A stretch of 64,000 nt of DNA from an uncultured bacterium (GTDB taxonomy: Bacteria; Babelota; Babeliae; Babelales; Babelaceae): contig CAWKFG010000004.1 of NCBI GenBank assembly GCA_963848965.1, positions 768,001 through 832,000 on the forward strand. The letters are read 5' to 3'. The position numbers and the translations under genes are program-made. The notes under the pieces are model-generated. The model ran no database searches, was not told where the DNA came from, and saw nothing but the letters and a program-made list of their open reading frames with translations. Shown here in pieces: positions 1 to 10,939 of the stretch. Within the stretch, counting starts at the first letter, position 1; every line of letters begins with the position of its first letter.

Positions 1-1
1 T

Positions 2-1564
2 TCAAAGCGTATTGTAGGAATCGATATAGGACTTACAGAAATTTATGCTACTGTATCTCTTGCTAAAGGTTCTACCCGTACTATCGAACGACTTATTGAA
101 GAGCGTATTGAAGCGGAAGGGACTCATCAAGAGCGACTCACGAAAGCATTACGTACGCTTCATAGCAAATTAGGCTCTTATGATGCTCTTTATGCTGCAC
201 TGCCAAGTTCACTCGTGGTTTTTAAAGAGCTTACACTTCCTTTTGTAGGACTTAAGAAGATTAAGCTTGTCGTCCCTTTTGAAGCAGAATCGTTATTACC
301 GTTTACACTCGATCAAGCTGTTATTGATGCTATTGCTACAAAAGAAGATCGAAAAAACAAAACGACAGATGTGCTTGTTGCCGCTGTAAAAAGAGACTAT
401 CTTACAGAGTATTTGCAACCGTTTGAAGCTGCAGGAATACGTGTAGATAAAGTTACTATCGATATGTTTGAACTTTATGGATTTTACCAATCGATTCCTA
501 CTTATAAAACGGATACACATACTGTTGCACTTGTTGATCTTGGATTCTATACAACTCGTATTGCTCTTATAACAGATGGACAGTTAAAATATATTCGCTC
601 AATAGCTAAAGGGTTGGTCACCGTTGCCAAAAAGATAAGCCTTAAACAAAAAACAGATCCAGCAGAAAGTCTTGAAACTCTCATGAGATTTGGTGGCCTT
701 GAAGATTCTGAACATGCATCATATACAAAAGAAGTATTAGATGAACTTTTACAAGATGTTAAGCTCACTATCCTTTCTTACACTAAGCGACTTAAGCCAG
801 CAGAAGATCTCCATCAGGTAATTATTACAGGAGCTGGTGCGGATGTTCCTGGTATTATAGGGCTTGTTTCTACTACCATAGGTGTTGGAAGTAAAATACT
901 ACAAGCAAAAAAGATGGTTCATAATGGTAAAATACAAAGTAAGATAAAAACTATTCCTAACAGCTTTTTAGTAAGTATTGCTACAGCCCTTTCATCACCT
1001 ATAACAGAAGAGTTCAACTTACAACAAGCTCAAGCGCAAGAACGAGAAGATACTGCTTTATATTACCAGCTTATAGCACTTTCTTCACTTGTACTCTTTT
1101 TACTTGGATCATTCTCATTTTATAGCTATTTAAGAACACGTAATTTACGTAATGCCCAGAAAGTAGGCGAAACAGAAGCTATTGAAGAACTTAAGCGAGT
1201 CTTTAAACTTAAACCAAATCAAACAACTACATTAGAAGCTGCTAATAAAGCAGCAACGAATGATTTAAGAAAACAAGAAACTGCTTGGCAACGTCTTTCT
1301 AGTGAAAATAGATATTCGCTCTTGCGGTATCTCACTGAGCTTAGTAAATGTATAGATATTAAAGAGAGTCAACTCTCGCTTACAAGTGTTAATATAAAAG
1401 AAGATACTGTAAGAATTTATGGCTCTGTACCTGGTTATGAACAACTTACTAAACTGCAAAATCAGCTTGAGTGCCCTTTATTTAGAAAAATTCCTAAATT
1501 ACAAGATTTAAACTTCAAATCTGAGCCTATTACCCTCACTATTAACAGAGAGCAGGAGACATAA
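2..1564 (+). CDS. PilM/GspL-like inner-membrane platform protein (actin-like domain + TM + PilN-like domain); 5' truncated by window edge
   Basis: Frame stays open upstream of the track start to position 2 (SKRIVGIDIG...). Second ALVDLGFYTT motif and IITGAGA motif, one TM helix, periplasmic C-terminus; upstream of secretins. Confidence 0.75.
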   Translation, partial: SKRIVGIDIGLTEIYATVSLAKGSTRTIERLIEERIEAEGTHQERLTKALRTLHSKLGSYDALYAALPSSLVVFKELTLPFVGLKKIKLVVPFEAESLLPFTLDQAVIDAIATKEDRKNKTTDVLVAAVKRDYLTEYLQPFEAAGIRVDKVTIDMFELYGFYQSIPTYKTDTHTVALVDLGFYTTRIALITDGQLKYIRSIAKGLVTVAKKISLKQKTDPAESLETLMRFGGLEDSEHASYTKEVLDELLQDVKLTILSYTKRLKPAEDLHQVIITGAGADVPGIIGLVSTTIGVGSKILQAKKMVHNGKIQSKIKTIPNSFLVSIATALSSPITEEFNLQQAQAQEREDTALYYQLIALSSLVLFLLGSFSFYSYLRTRNLRNAQKVGETEAIEELKRVFKLKPNQTTTLEAANKAATNDLRKQETAWQRLSSENRYSLLRYLTELSKCIDIKESQLSLTSVNIKEDTVRIYGSVPGYEQLTKLQNQLECPLFRKIPKLQDLNFKSEPITLTINREQET

Positions 1565-2118
1565 TGGCACTACTTACTCGTATAAGAGAGTTTATTAAAG
1601 GTTTAGATGAACGCGATCTCTATCTCTATATGGGAGGTTTTTTTGGAGCATTTCTATTGCTGTTTGGGCTTATTGTATATTTTCATTATAGTAGAATCAG
1701 TCGTTATACAGCAGACCTTAAAAGGCTTGATACGCAACGAACACAAACAAGAAAAATTCTTACAAACTATAAAACAGTAAATTTACAGCAAGCTCGTGTA
1801 GAGGAGATACTTGCAGAAAACAAAAATTTTCGTATTGGCGAAGCATATCAGAGTATTGTTAACAAAGTGAGGCTTGGTACTCATCAACAAGATCAGCCTA
1901 CGCCTACTACAGGTGAAACAGTAAGTGGCAAAACAGAGGTCTTACTTCACACTCATTTAGATCGTATAAGCATGAAGCAACTTACTGATCTTCTTTCAGA
2001 GATTGCAAATGTTACACAAATGTATCCAAAAGAGCTTGTAATTAAAAAAACGCCCAATGCACAAGCTGTGGACGTTGATTTAACTATTGCCACACTTGAG
2101 CCTGCAGCAGCTGAATAA
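1564..2118 (+). CDS. GspM/PilO-like membrane protein
   Basis: N-terminal TM, coiled segment, small C-terminal domain; 1-nt overlap with upstream gene; T2SS context. Confidence 0.6.
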   Translation: MALLTRIREFIKGLDERDLYLYMGGFFGAFLLLFGLIVYFHYSRISRYTADLKRLDTQRTQTRKILTNYKTVNLQQARVEEILAENKNFRIGEAYQSIVNKVRLGTHQQDQPTPTTGETVSGKTEVLLHTHLDRISMKQLTDLLSEIANVTQMYPKELVIKKTPNAQAVDVDLTIATLEPAAAE

Positions 2119-2127
2119 GGGGATTCT

Positions 2128-4575
2128 ATGCTACACATTTTTTCTTACCTATGCATGCTTGTCTGGGCATTTTCAACAGGCATCATAGTTTCTAAAAGCC
2201 CTGTTTCTCCGGTTACTCCTCAAGATGTAACTGCAGTTTCAGCAGGATTAAAGAGCCCTGCAGAGCAAGAGAATTTTAAAAAAGGACAAGAGCTTATCCC
2301 ATTTTCATTTGAAAAAAGGAATCTTGTTGATATTATCGATTTTCTGGCAAGTAAAAAGAACATAAACGTTATTTTGCCTCAACCTGCAGCAGATGCTGAA
2401 GCTATTAGAAAGCAAACAATAACGTTCCAGCCAGAAGGAAGGACTACGCTTCCTCTCGATGAAGCATGGAGCCTTCTTACTATGTTTCTTGAACTTTCTG
2501 GCTTTAGCCTTGTACCCAAGCGTTCTAACCTCTATGCTATTGTACGCACAGGAAGACCAGAAGAAGCTGGCATAAGCAGAGAAACACTGCCTTTGTATGT
2601 AGGAACTGCTCCAGAGCAGCTTCCAAAATCTGAGCAACGTATTCGCTATATTTACTATCTTCGCAATTTAAAAACACCTGGCACTGATGATAGAGATACT
2701 AACCCATTAGCACGAATTTTTAGGGATATGCTTTCTCCAGGAGCACCTGTTATACCAGAACCAAAATCTAATGGTTTTATTATCGTAGATAGAGCAGACA
2801 TTATTACCTCTGTCATGAAAATTATCTCTGAGCTGGATGCAACCGGTTTTCGAGAAACAATTGCTGTTATTCCTATTCACAATTTACCTGCACGCGATAT
2901 CGTAAGAGTTTTTGAATCATTACGAAAAGCTGCAGGCCAAGATGGAACTCAACCACCACCTTTCATTCGTAGTGACAGCAAAGGAGATGTTTCTTATTTT
3001 GCAGCAGATACTAAAATAATTTCAGATGATAGAACAAATGCTCTTATTCTCATGGGTCGCGAAACAGCAGTTGAGCGTATTAGCGATTTTGTACATGAAT
3101 TTATGGATGTACCACAAGAATCAGGACAATCAATCTTACATACCTACGACTTACAGTACCTCGATGCACAAACATTTGCTGGTGTATTACAAAATATAGT
3201 AAGTCCAGCTGCTGCAGGAACACAAGCAACTCAAGGTCCTATAACAGGACCAGAACGATCATTTCAAGGTGTCGTTGTAGCTGCAGAAGAGGTAAAAACA
3301 GTTGATATAAAAACAACAACAGAAGAAGTTACCGTAGAACAACGGGGTGATTTTGCACCGACAGGTATTGAAGGAAAAATATTTACTGGAGGAAACAGAC
3401 TTATTGTAGCTGCAATACAAGATGATTGGATTCATATTAAAGATCTTATTGAAACGCTTGATAAGCCACAGCCTCAAGTAATACTTGAAGTGATGATTGT
3501 AGACTTTAGAACTCGTAGAGATAAACTTATTGCAAGTACGATACGAAATAGAACTGATTCAACAATTTTACCAAATGCAGGAGTACAGTTTTTAGCATCA
3601 CACATTTCTGATCCTGTAAACGTCTTGGCAAATCCACCAACACGGCTTGCAGAAGATCTTCTTACGCTTACTGGAGGACCTGATGCAGTTCCTCGGCCTG
3701 TGACAACACTACTTGCAGAAGGGTCACTCATTATTTCATTTAATGATCCTCGCACTCCTGGTATTTCTGCGTTACTGCAGGTTTTTGATGAGCAAGTAGA
3801 CTCTAAGATTCTTTCTCATCCTTATCTAGTAACTACGAATAACCAGAAAGCTACTATCACTTCCCAAATACTTAAAAGGGACCGCGGTGATGCAGTTCCT
3901 GGAGCAGCAGGTGTTACTACTGTTGAAATCGTTGACGTACCTGCAACGATTCAGGTGCAGATGATTCCACGACTCAGCTCACTTGAACGGTTAGGATTAC
4001 AAATAGCTGTTGATATTAACGAGTTTGTTGCTGTAGGAAGTTTTGACCGCATTACCAGACGTGTGAATGTCAATACCAATTTAGGAACTGGACAAGTTCT
4101 TATTATTGGGGGGCTTACACGAATTGATACAAGCGATCTTGTAACAGAAACTCCGTTTTTCTCAAAGATTCCTCTTATTGGTAATCTCTTTAAGAGAACA
4201 AGCAAGATAACAGTAAAATCTAATATTGCAATTTTCATTGCTCCTACTATTGTACAGCCACGGTTGCGTGCAGGTCTTACTCTCTATACTACTGATAAGA
4301 TACGTAAAGGAAGACGCGATGTTGCTGATGAGAATATTTTCACTAATATGCGCGATCCGATTACCTACCTTTACTTTAGACCAGGACCAAAATCGGATCA
4401 TATTATAGAACAATATCTTTCACATGTTGCAAATCCTCCTGATGCAGAACTTATTAAAACAACGCGTGAGAAAAGACGAGAAAGACGGCGACCTATAAGA
4501 CCACGGCCGTCTACAAAAACACAGCCAGTAGCACTACCACCAGCAGAACCAACAGTTGCTGAAGTGCCTGCATAG
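2128..4575 (+). CDS. gspD: Type II secretion secretin (GspD-like), paralog 1
   Basis: Signal peptide; N domains (SDDRTNALIL, LQYLDAQ); secretin motifs PQVILEVMIVDF, GQVLIIGGL, PFFSKIPLIGNLFK. Confidence 0.85.
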   Translation: MLHIFSYLCMLVWAFSTGIIVSKSPVSPVTPQDVTAVSAGLKSPAEQENFKKGQELIPFSFEKRNLVDIIDFLASKKNINVILPQPAADAEAIRKQTITFQPEGRTTLPLDEAWSLLTMFLELSGFSLVPKRSNLYAIVRTGRPEEAGISRETLPLYVGTAPEQLPKSEQRIRYIYYLRNLKTPGTDDRDTNPLARIFRDMLSPGAPVIPEPKSNGFIIVDRADIITSVMKIISELDATGFRETIAVIPIHNLPARDIVRVFESLRKAAGQDGTQPPPFIRSDSKGDVSYFAADTKIISDDRTNALILMGRETAVERISDFVHEFMDVPQESGQSILHTYDLQYLDAQTFAGVLQNIVSPAAAGTQATQGPITGPERSFQGVVVAAEEVKTVDIKTTTEEVTVEQRGDFAPTGIEGKIFTGGNRLIVAAIQDDWIHIKDLIETLDKPQPQVILEVMIVDFRTRRDKLIASTIRNRTDSTILPNAGVQFLASHISDPVNVLANPPTRLAEDLLTLTGGPDAVPRPVTTLLAEGSLIISFNDPRTPGISALLQVFDEQVDSKILSHPYLVTTNNQKATITSQILKRDRGDAVPGAAGVTTVEIVDVPATIQVQMIPRLSSLERLGLQIAVDINEFVAVGSFDRITRRVNVNTNLGTGQVLIIGGLTRIDTSDLVTETPFFSKIPLIGNLFKRTSKITVKSNIAIFIAPTIVQPRLRAGLTLYTTDKIRKGRRDVADENIFTNMRDPITYLYFRPGPKSDHIIEQYLSHVANPPDAELIKTTREKRRERRRPIRPRPSTKTQPVALPPAEPTVAEVPA

Positions 4576-4629
4576 CGTATACTAAAGATACTTGTGGTGA
4601 AGGAGTAGACACCTTCACCACCAACTTTC

Positions 4630-6999
4630 ATGCAAGACCGGGTGACTATTATGCGTATTCTTCTTTTATCTCTGTGCTTTGTGGGTACTCTTTACCCAGT
4701 TGTACAAAATGAAGAGCGCGTTCCGTTTTCATTTCAAAAAAGAAATCTTGTTGATATTATCGACTTTTTGGCAAGCAAAAAGAGCGTAAATATTATTTTG
4801 CCTCAACCTGCCTCTGATGCTGAAGCTCTTAGAAAACAAGTAGTAACGTTCCAACCGCAAGGAATGACTACGCTCCCTATACATGAAGCATGGAGCTTAC
4901 TTACGATGTTCTTAGAGCTCTCTGGTTTTGGCTTGGTACCTAAGCGTTCCAATCTTTTTGCTATCGTACGTACTGGCAAACCGGATGAGGCTGGCATAAG
5001 TAGAGAAACATTACCTTTGTATGTAAATACACCTTCTCATGAGCTCCCTCGCTCTGAGCAACGTATTCGTTATATCTACTACTTACGAAATATTAAAATA
5101 CCTATCGGAGAAACACGAGAAAATCATCCGCTTACTAAGATTTTTAAAGATATGCTATCACCTGGCGCTCCTGTTATTTTTGAACCAAAATCTAACGGTT
5201 TTATTATTGTTGATAGAGCAGATAAAGTTGCTTCTTTGGCGCATCTTATAAAGCATCTTGATGAAACAGGATTTCGCGAAGCAATTGAAATATTACCTCT
5301 TGCAGCAGTACCTGTGCAAGATGTAGTACGAGTATTTGATGCATTAAAGAAAGCCTCCGGAGAGCCCGAACAAGCTCCTTTTCCTTTTATTCGACGAGAA
5401 TCACGTCAAGATATTTCGCGTTTTGCAGCCGATACTGTCATAGCAGGTGACGAGAGAACCAACTCTCTTATTCTTATAGGAAGAAGAAATAATATCGAAC
5501 GTATTAGTGAGTTTGTACGTGAATACATGGACGTTTCTCAAGAATCTGGAAAATCAATTTTGCATGTGTATGATTTACAATATCTTGATGCACAAGCATT
5601 TGCACCAGTTTTACAAAATCTTGTCAGCTATCAAGCAAGTGATACACAAGCAACACAAGTTCCAACTACCGGCCCTGAACGGTTCTTGAGGGGTGTACAA
5701 GTAATAGCTGAAGCAGTTATAGAAGTAAAACCAGAGTTTAGAACTGAAGAAGTTACCATAGAAACAAAAACAGCAGATGAAACTCTAGGAATTGAAGGAA
5801 CTATTAGAACCGGCGGCAACCGCCTTATTGTCGCAGCCTTACATGATGACTGGCTCATTATTAAAGATATGATAGAAAAACTTGATAAGCCGCAACCTCA
5901 GGTTATTCTTGAAGTGCTTATTGCAGATTTTAGTTATACTCGTACAGATCGCATTCGCTCTACCGTACGAATTAAAACTGACTCTCTGCTTACACAAGAA
6001 GGTATCCAATTTTTAGCGTCACACATTACTCCAGTAAACGCAGTCTTAGGCACTACACCTACACAGCTTGCTCAAGATCTTTTAGCAATAGTAGGGCCTA
6101 CCAGCCTGCCTGCACGAACAGACAGGGGATCAGTCCTTTTTTCATTTAACGATCCTCAAACGCCTGGTATCTTTGGATTAATAGAGCTTTTTAAACGACT
6201 TTTAAAAACTAAAATTACTTCTCATCCTTATCTGCTTACTTCTAACAATCAAAAAGGTATCGTTGAAGCTCAAGAGATTCGACGTTTTAGAGGAGACCTT
6301 ATTACTTCAACAGAAGGAACATTTACTATTCCTATAGAAGACGTTACTGCAACACTGACGGTAGAAGTAACTCCTCATATTGCATATACAGATCGAACAC
6401 GCCTTGATATTAAATTTACTGATATCCAGTTTGTTAATAGAGCTCAACTTACAAGACTTACACGAGAACTGCAGACGACTGCAACGCTTTCCTCTGGACA
6501 AATATTGGCAATGGGCGGCATTATACGCGACGACATTATTGACACTGTTACTGCAACACCATTGCTTTCACGTATTCCATTAATCGGTCAGCTTTTCAGA
6601 GGAAATTCGGCAGAGCATACACAGGTTGCTATTGTACTTTTTGTATCTCCTACTATTATTCAACCTGCTTTCAACAAAGCAGCAACTAGTTTTACTCAAG
6701 GAAAAATTGCCCAAGTAAATCGAGATCTGAGTGACCGTATGATAGATTGTAATAAAGATCCTATAACACATATCTTTTTCAAGCGCCAAACACCAGATAG
6801 TTTAGTGCATGACTATCTTGATAAAAGCGCTAATCTTTCCTCTGATCTATCAAAACAGATTCTTCAGTCAAAGCCGCTACCCCGTTTACCAGAGCCAGAA
6901 CCACTTCAGTTTGAGAAACTAAAAGAGCTTCTTGCATGTGAAGATAGTACCTTCTTACGAGTCAAGGAGACTCAAAGTAAGAGAATCTTCAATAGCTAG
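4630..6999 (+). CDS. gspD: Type II secretion secretin (GspD-like), paralog 2 (likely start ATG 4651)
   Basis: Same architecture (PQVILEVLIADF, GQILAMGG, PLLSRIPLIGQLF); N-terminal region closely similar to paralog 1. Confidence 0.85.
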   Translation: MQDRVTIMRILLLSLCFVGTLYPVVQNEERVPFSFQKRNLVDIIDFLASKKSVNIILPQPASDAEALRKQVVTFQPQGMTTLPIHEAWSLLTMFLELSGFGLVPKRSNLFAIVRTGKPDEAGISRETLPLYVNTPSHELPRSEQRIRYIYYLRNIKIPIGETRENHPLTKIFKDMLSPGAPVIFEPKSNGFIIVDRADKVASLAHLIKHLDETGFREAIEILPLAAVPVQDVVRVFDALKKASGEPEQAPFPFIRRESRQDISRFAADTVIAGDERTNSLILIGRRNNIERISEFVREYMDVSQESGKSILHVYDLQYLDAQAFAPVLQNLVSYQASDTQATQVPTTGPERFLRGVQVIAEAVIEVKPEFRTEEVTIETKTADETLGIEGTIRTGGNRLIVAALHDDWLIIKDMIEKLDKPQPQVILEVLIADFSYTRTDRIRSTVRIKTDSLLTQEGIQFLASHITPVNAVLGTTPTQLAQDLLAIVGPTSLPARTDRGSVLFSFNDPQTPGIFGLIELFKRLLKTKITSHPYLLTSNNQKGIVEAQEIRRFRGDLITSTEGTFTIPIEDVTATLTVEVTPHIAYTDRTRLDIKFTDIQFVNRAQLTRLTRELQTTATLSSGQILAMGGIIRDDIIDTVTATPLLSRIPLIGQLFRGNSAEHTQVAIVLFVSPTIIQPAFNKAATSFTQGKIAQVNRDLSDRMIDCNKDPITHIFFKRQTPDSLVHDYLDKSANLSSDLSKQILQSKPLPRLPEPEPLQFEKLKELLACEDSTFLRVKETQSKRIFNS

Positions 7000-8211
7000 C
7001 AATCTATTATATTTAGCAAGTCGTTCACCACGAGCACAACTACCTGCTTTTATCTGACCAACACTTGCTCCTACTGCTAAATCAGCTATAAAATTCTCAT
7101 CTGTTTCACCAGAGCGATGTGAGACTATAGTGTTAAGTCCCTGGCTTTTGCAAAAATGAACAGCTTGAAGGCTTTCAGTAATAGTTCCTATTTGGTTAGG
7201 TTTAATAACCACCGATGTTGCTGCTTGTTCCTGAAGCCCTACAGCTATTCTATAAAGATTTGTTGCAAAGAGATCGTCTCCTACTATTTGAGCTTTAGAG
7301 CCCAGTTGCTGCGTCATTTTAGACCAGCCTTGCCAATCATCTTGGCTTAATCCGTCTTCAATAGAATAAATAGGATAGCGTTCAATAAGATCTGCATAGA
7401 GTTCAATCATCTCATCGCTTGTAAGGTGCTTACCGTGCCACACATATAATCCACTTTCGCTTTCATAGAATTGAGAAGCTGCTACATCAAGAGCTATAAC
7501 ACAGCTGAGCGTATTATGTTCACCTGCTCTATTAATCGCTTCAAGTAAATAGTCTAATGCTTCATAATCATTTTCAAATGCAGATGCAAATCCTCCTTCA
7601 TCGCCAACAGCTACTGATTTGCCATTCTGTTTTAAAATACTCTTGAGTTCATGATATACCATCACACCTGCCTCAAAAGCTGCACGGAAATTAGGGGCTC
7701 CTACAGGAACAACAAGAAATTCTTGTATACGTAAAGTATTATTTCCATGGATACCACCATTAATAACATTAAGCAGAGGATAAGGAATACTTACGGTATC
7801 TGCATCCATTAAAACAGCAACAAGTTCGTAAAGTTCCATGTTTTCAACAAGAGCTTCTGCTTTATACACTGCCATACTTACTGCAAGTAGAGCATTTGCT
7901 CCTAATTTGGACTTATCAGGAGTTCCATCAAGCTCAATAATTTTAAGATCCATTTCTATACCGTTAGGCTCATGACCAATAAGAATAGGCGCAATAATAT
8001 GTTCAATATTCTCGACAGCTTTGCGTACCCCTTGACCATAGAGTCTGCTACCACCATCTCTCAATTCTACTGCTTCATAGGCACTAGTAGAGATTCCTGC
8101 AGGAACAGATGCAAGCACAGAACGGCCATTATCGAGCACAATCTCGCATTGTACTGTTGGCCATCCCCGAGAATCAAAAATTTCACGAGCTACTATATGC
8201 GCAATTTTCAT
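6955..8211 (-). CDS. eno: Enolase
   Basis: AREIFDSRG.PTV, GDEGGF, DVAASQF, SIEDG, GDDLF, SHRSGET, ERLAKYNRLL; GGAG upstream of ATG 8211. Confidence 0.97.
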   Translation of the reverse strand: MKIAHIVAREIFDSRGWPTVQCEIVLDNGRSVLASVPAGISTSAYEAVELRDGGSRLYGQGVRKAVENIEHIIAPILIGHEPNGIEMDLKIIELDGTPDKSKLGANALLAVSMAVYKAEALVENMELYELVAVLMDADTVSIPYPLLNVINGGIHGNNTLRIQEFLVVPVGAPNFRAAFEAGVMVYHELKSILKQNGKSVAVGDEGGFASAFENDYEALDYLLEAINRAGEHNTLSCVIALDVAASQFYESESGLYVWHGKHLTSDEMIELYADLIERYPIYSIEDGLSQDDWQGWSKMTQQLGSKAQIVGDDLFATNLYRIAVGLQEQAATSVVIKPNQIGTITESLQAVHFCKSQGLNTIVSHRSGETDENFIADLAVGASVGQIKAGSCARGERLAKYNRLLAIEDSLTLSLLDS

Positions 8212-8309
8212 TTTTATCTCCATATTCAAAACAAAATTCTTGACCCTCTTTATACCTTCCCTCCATACTAACATAAAACGGGTATCACTATTTTTTAAAG
8301 GGTTTAGCT

Positions 8310-8513
8310 ATGATGCTTGATAACACAACGTATGATAAAATTAAACTGATTTATAAGATGAGCGATCTAGCTTGGTTTATTGAAAAGCATGCTCTTATAG
8401 ATGCACGCAATTCAGGTGATCAAGAGTGCATTGACGCGCTTGCGGCAATACAAAGAGATTTACATAAACATATAGAAAAGTTACAAAAGGGTATGTGTAT
8501 CATTTCGCAATAA
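8310..8513 (+). CDS. Small helical hypothetical protein (possibly ferritin-like half unit)
   Basis: 67-aa ORF divergent from eno, amphipathic helices. Confidence 0.6.
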   Translation: MMLDNTTYDKIKLIYKMSDLAWFIEKHALIDARNSGDQECIDALAAIQRDLHKHIEKLQKGMCIISQ

Positions 8514-8572
8514 AGAAAGCATAGTGAGGGTAGGCAGTAACGAACAGATGGCAATAATTTCCATAGTTTCAG

Positions 8573-10039
8573 TTATGCAGAAGGAGAGTCTTCTTTGTGC
8601 AGACTTTCATTAGTAAGAAGCTGTATAAAAGGTGAAGTGCTTGCAGTAAGAGTGCTTGCAAATATCTCAAAGTACAGATCTTCAGAACTTTCTATTGCTA
8701 AAGGTCCAAGAGATGTACCTGCTAATGTATCAAAGAGTGTTGTCTTTAAATTAATGAGCTTACACCACTCTTTATGATCCTCTTGCCAATCAGCTTTTTG
8801 ATGCTCTAAAGAACAGTAGTAAGTCTTATTGCAGCCTCCACAACGCTTAATTGAAACGTTTGGCGAAGCTTGAATCATACAGTAATGACAAAATTTTAGA
8901 CTGTAATGTTCATCAAGAGCAAGTAAAATAGTATAAGGATTAGTAGTATGGAGTACATATTTTACAAAAGCTCTATGTAAAGCTGATATTACTATATATT
9001 CTGAAGGTTTTTTAAATGTCTCTTCAAAGATTCTTTGGCCTATTTCATAAATACGGCCAAGTGCGTTTTTCCTCCGTAAGTCCATTTCACTATCACGAGC
9101 TTCCTTTATGATACTAAGCGCATTATTTAACTCTATTTCAAGAGTTACCGCAAGTGTTCTTGATCCATCAAGAGGAAGAAATGGAAAAGCATCACAGATA
9201 AGCTTTGCATTTTGCTTATCCTTCTCTTGTGCCATTATGGTGCGTGCTTTTACGCTACTTGGTTTCATATCTTTTAATTTTCCTAGCGCAGAGATGCAAG
9301 TCTCTATCTGTTGTCCTGTAAGACGTTTAACCGACAGAAAATAAAATGCTTGTCTAAGTGCACAAAGAGTTTGATCAGGAGCTGTAATTTGCGCCTTTTG
9401 TAATGACATTACGTACTGTTCGTACCGTTGCGCTAAGTGTACAAGCAAAGCTTGTACATCATGGAGTTTTTTTCTTTTTTGTTCTAAATAATCGCAGAAA
9501 TGCTTGAACAGATTCTTTTTGTGTAGTAGTGATTCTGCTTCTTCTTTACTTATAAATGCATCAGTACACAAAGAAATAAGCTCTGTTATATCCAAATTAT
9601 CTTTGTTTACTAGTATTTGATTAAGCTTGTCTACATTCACAAAAGGGCTTATATCTTTCTTAAGGCTTTGAATAAGAGCAATGATTGTACACCAGGTAAT
9701 AATTTTTTGTGCTCTTGGAGATTCTTTCTCTTCTTGAAGTACTTTTTGAATATCTTTTTGTATCTCTTGCTTCAGCAAATCATGTGGCTGAAGAGAAGAC
9801 TGAACAAGGAGCTCGCACTCTTGAAGTACATCGGCTTGTACTTTTTTAAGTGTGGTATAGAGGAGCTTTGTAGCTTTTACTTGTGCAGGAGTAGGCTTCG
9901 TGCTGTTTGGTACCTGAAAATTAAGCTCATCTAGTCTTGATAGGGTTATATGCTGATTGTTGGTATCATACAGTTGCATAGATAGAAGTGTATCTATATA
10001 GAGTAAGCTTATGCAAAAAGCAAAAAATACTTTTCCCAT
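8573..10039 (-). CDS. Secreted protein with MYND-type zinc finger
   Basis: Signal peptide; CHYC...RCGGCNKTYYCSLEHQKADWQEDHKEWC. Confidence 0.85.
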   Translation of the reverse strand: MGKVFFAFCISLLYIDTLLSMQLYDTNNQHITLSRLDELNFQVPNSTKPTPAQVKATKLLYTTLKKVQADVLQECELLVQSSLQPHDLLKQEIQKDIQKVLQEEKESPRAQKIITWCTIIALIQSLKKDISPFVNVDKLNQILVNKDNLDITELISLCTDAFISKEEAESLLHKKNLFKHFCDYLEQKRKKLHDVQALLVHLAQRYEQYVMSLQKAQITAPDQTLCALRQAFYFLSVKRLTGQQIETCISALGKLKDMKPSSVKARTIMAQEKDKQNAKLICDAFPFLPLDGSRTLAVTLEIELNNALSIIKEARDSEMDLRRKNALGRIYEIGQRIFEETFKKPSEYIVISALHRAFVKYVLHTTNPYTILLALDEHYSLKFCHYCMIQASPNVSIKRCGGCNKTYYCSLEHQKADWQEDHKEWCKLINLKTTLFDTLAGTSLGPLAIESSEDLYFEIFASTLTASTSPFIQLLTNESLHKEDSPSA

Positions 10040-10425
10040 TCATCACACTTTCGCAAAAAATTAACAGTGGCTTATTTTACATTTTACAAATTAGCATTAA
10101 TTTTTCATTTTGACAAGAACACTTTAAACCATATCTATACGCAATGCATAAAACTCTAGAGATGGAGCTAGTGTTCCCTTAAGAAGAACAAAAAACGTAA
10201 AGGCTCATTGGCCCGATGCAATAGGTATTGGAGCTGCACTCCTTTAATAGTTTTGTTAAAGCAATTTCTTACAAGTCAAAGCTTCTGGTCATGAACAGAG
10301 TCAGTTGTATAAACCAGATAAGTAGGGTTTTCTTTGTGCAAGAGCCAAAAAACAAAAAAATGTTATGATTATAGAATAGAAGATAGGTGCAAGCACCGGT
10401 AACTTAAGGTAAAAAGAGAAGTCTT

Positions 10426-10908
10426 ATGAAAACATATACAACTATTCAAACAGCTCTAGGAAATATGATAGTGTTATCAAATCCTCATTCACTAGAAGGG
10501 CTTTATTTTGAAGGTCAAAAGCATGGACCAAAAATTGATGCAACATGGCATAATGATCCTACGAGTAAGCTATCCTTACTAGTAAGCACTCAACTACAAG
10601 AATACAGTAATGAAACAAGACAAGAATTTGATATCCCTTATAGCTTCCAAAAAGGGACCGATTTTCAGCAAAAAGTATGGAAAGCTCTTTTACAAATACC
10701 CTATGGCACAACAATGAGCTATCTAGAGCTAGCAGAACTTGTAGGATACCCTAAAAGTGTTCGTGCAGTTGCTGCAGCAGTAGGAAAAAACCCACTCGCA
10801 CTTATTGTTCCTTGCCACAGAATAATTGGTAGTAATGGCTCTTTAACTGGCTACGCTGCAGGTTTAGATCTAAAGAAAAAGCTTTTAACGTTAGAGAAAG
10901 TTCTTTGA
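10426..10908 (+). CDS. ogt: Methylated-DNA--protein-cysteine methyltransferase
   Basis: GTDFQQKVW, IPYG, RAVAAA, active-site PCHRI. Confidence 0.95.
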   Translation: MKTYTTIQTALGNMIVLSNPHSLEGLYFEGQKHGPKIDATWHNDPTSKLSLLVSTQLQEYSNETRQEFDIPYSFQKGTDFQQKVWKALLQIPYGTTMSYLELAELVGYPKSVRAVAAAVGKNPLALIVPCHRIIGSNGSLTGYAAGLDLKKKLLTLEKVL

Positions 10909-10939
10909 TAAATTAAGAAACTTTCTTTGACTTACATTG

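Noticed and set aside
6955..6999. 45-nt convergent overlap of the second secretin and eno
   Set aside because: Short tail-to-tail overlaps are common in compact genomes.
8080..8110. Enolase loop VPAGISTS instead of VPSGASTG, suggesting inactivity
   Set aside because: The Mg-binding Ser position and the other catalytic motifs are retained.
10040..10425. Intergenic stretch checked for ncRNA or a pseudogene
   Set aside because: No recognisable motif, structure or homologous frame by eye.
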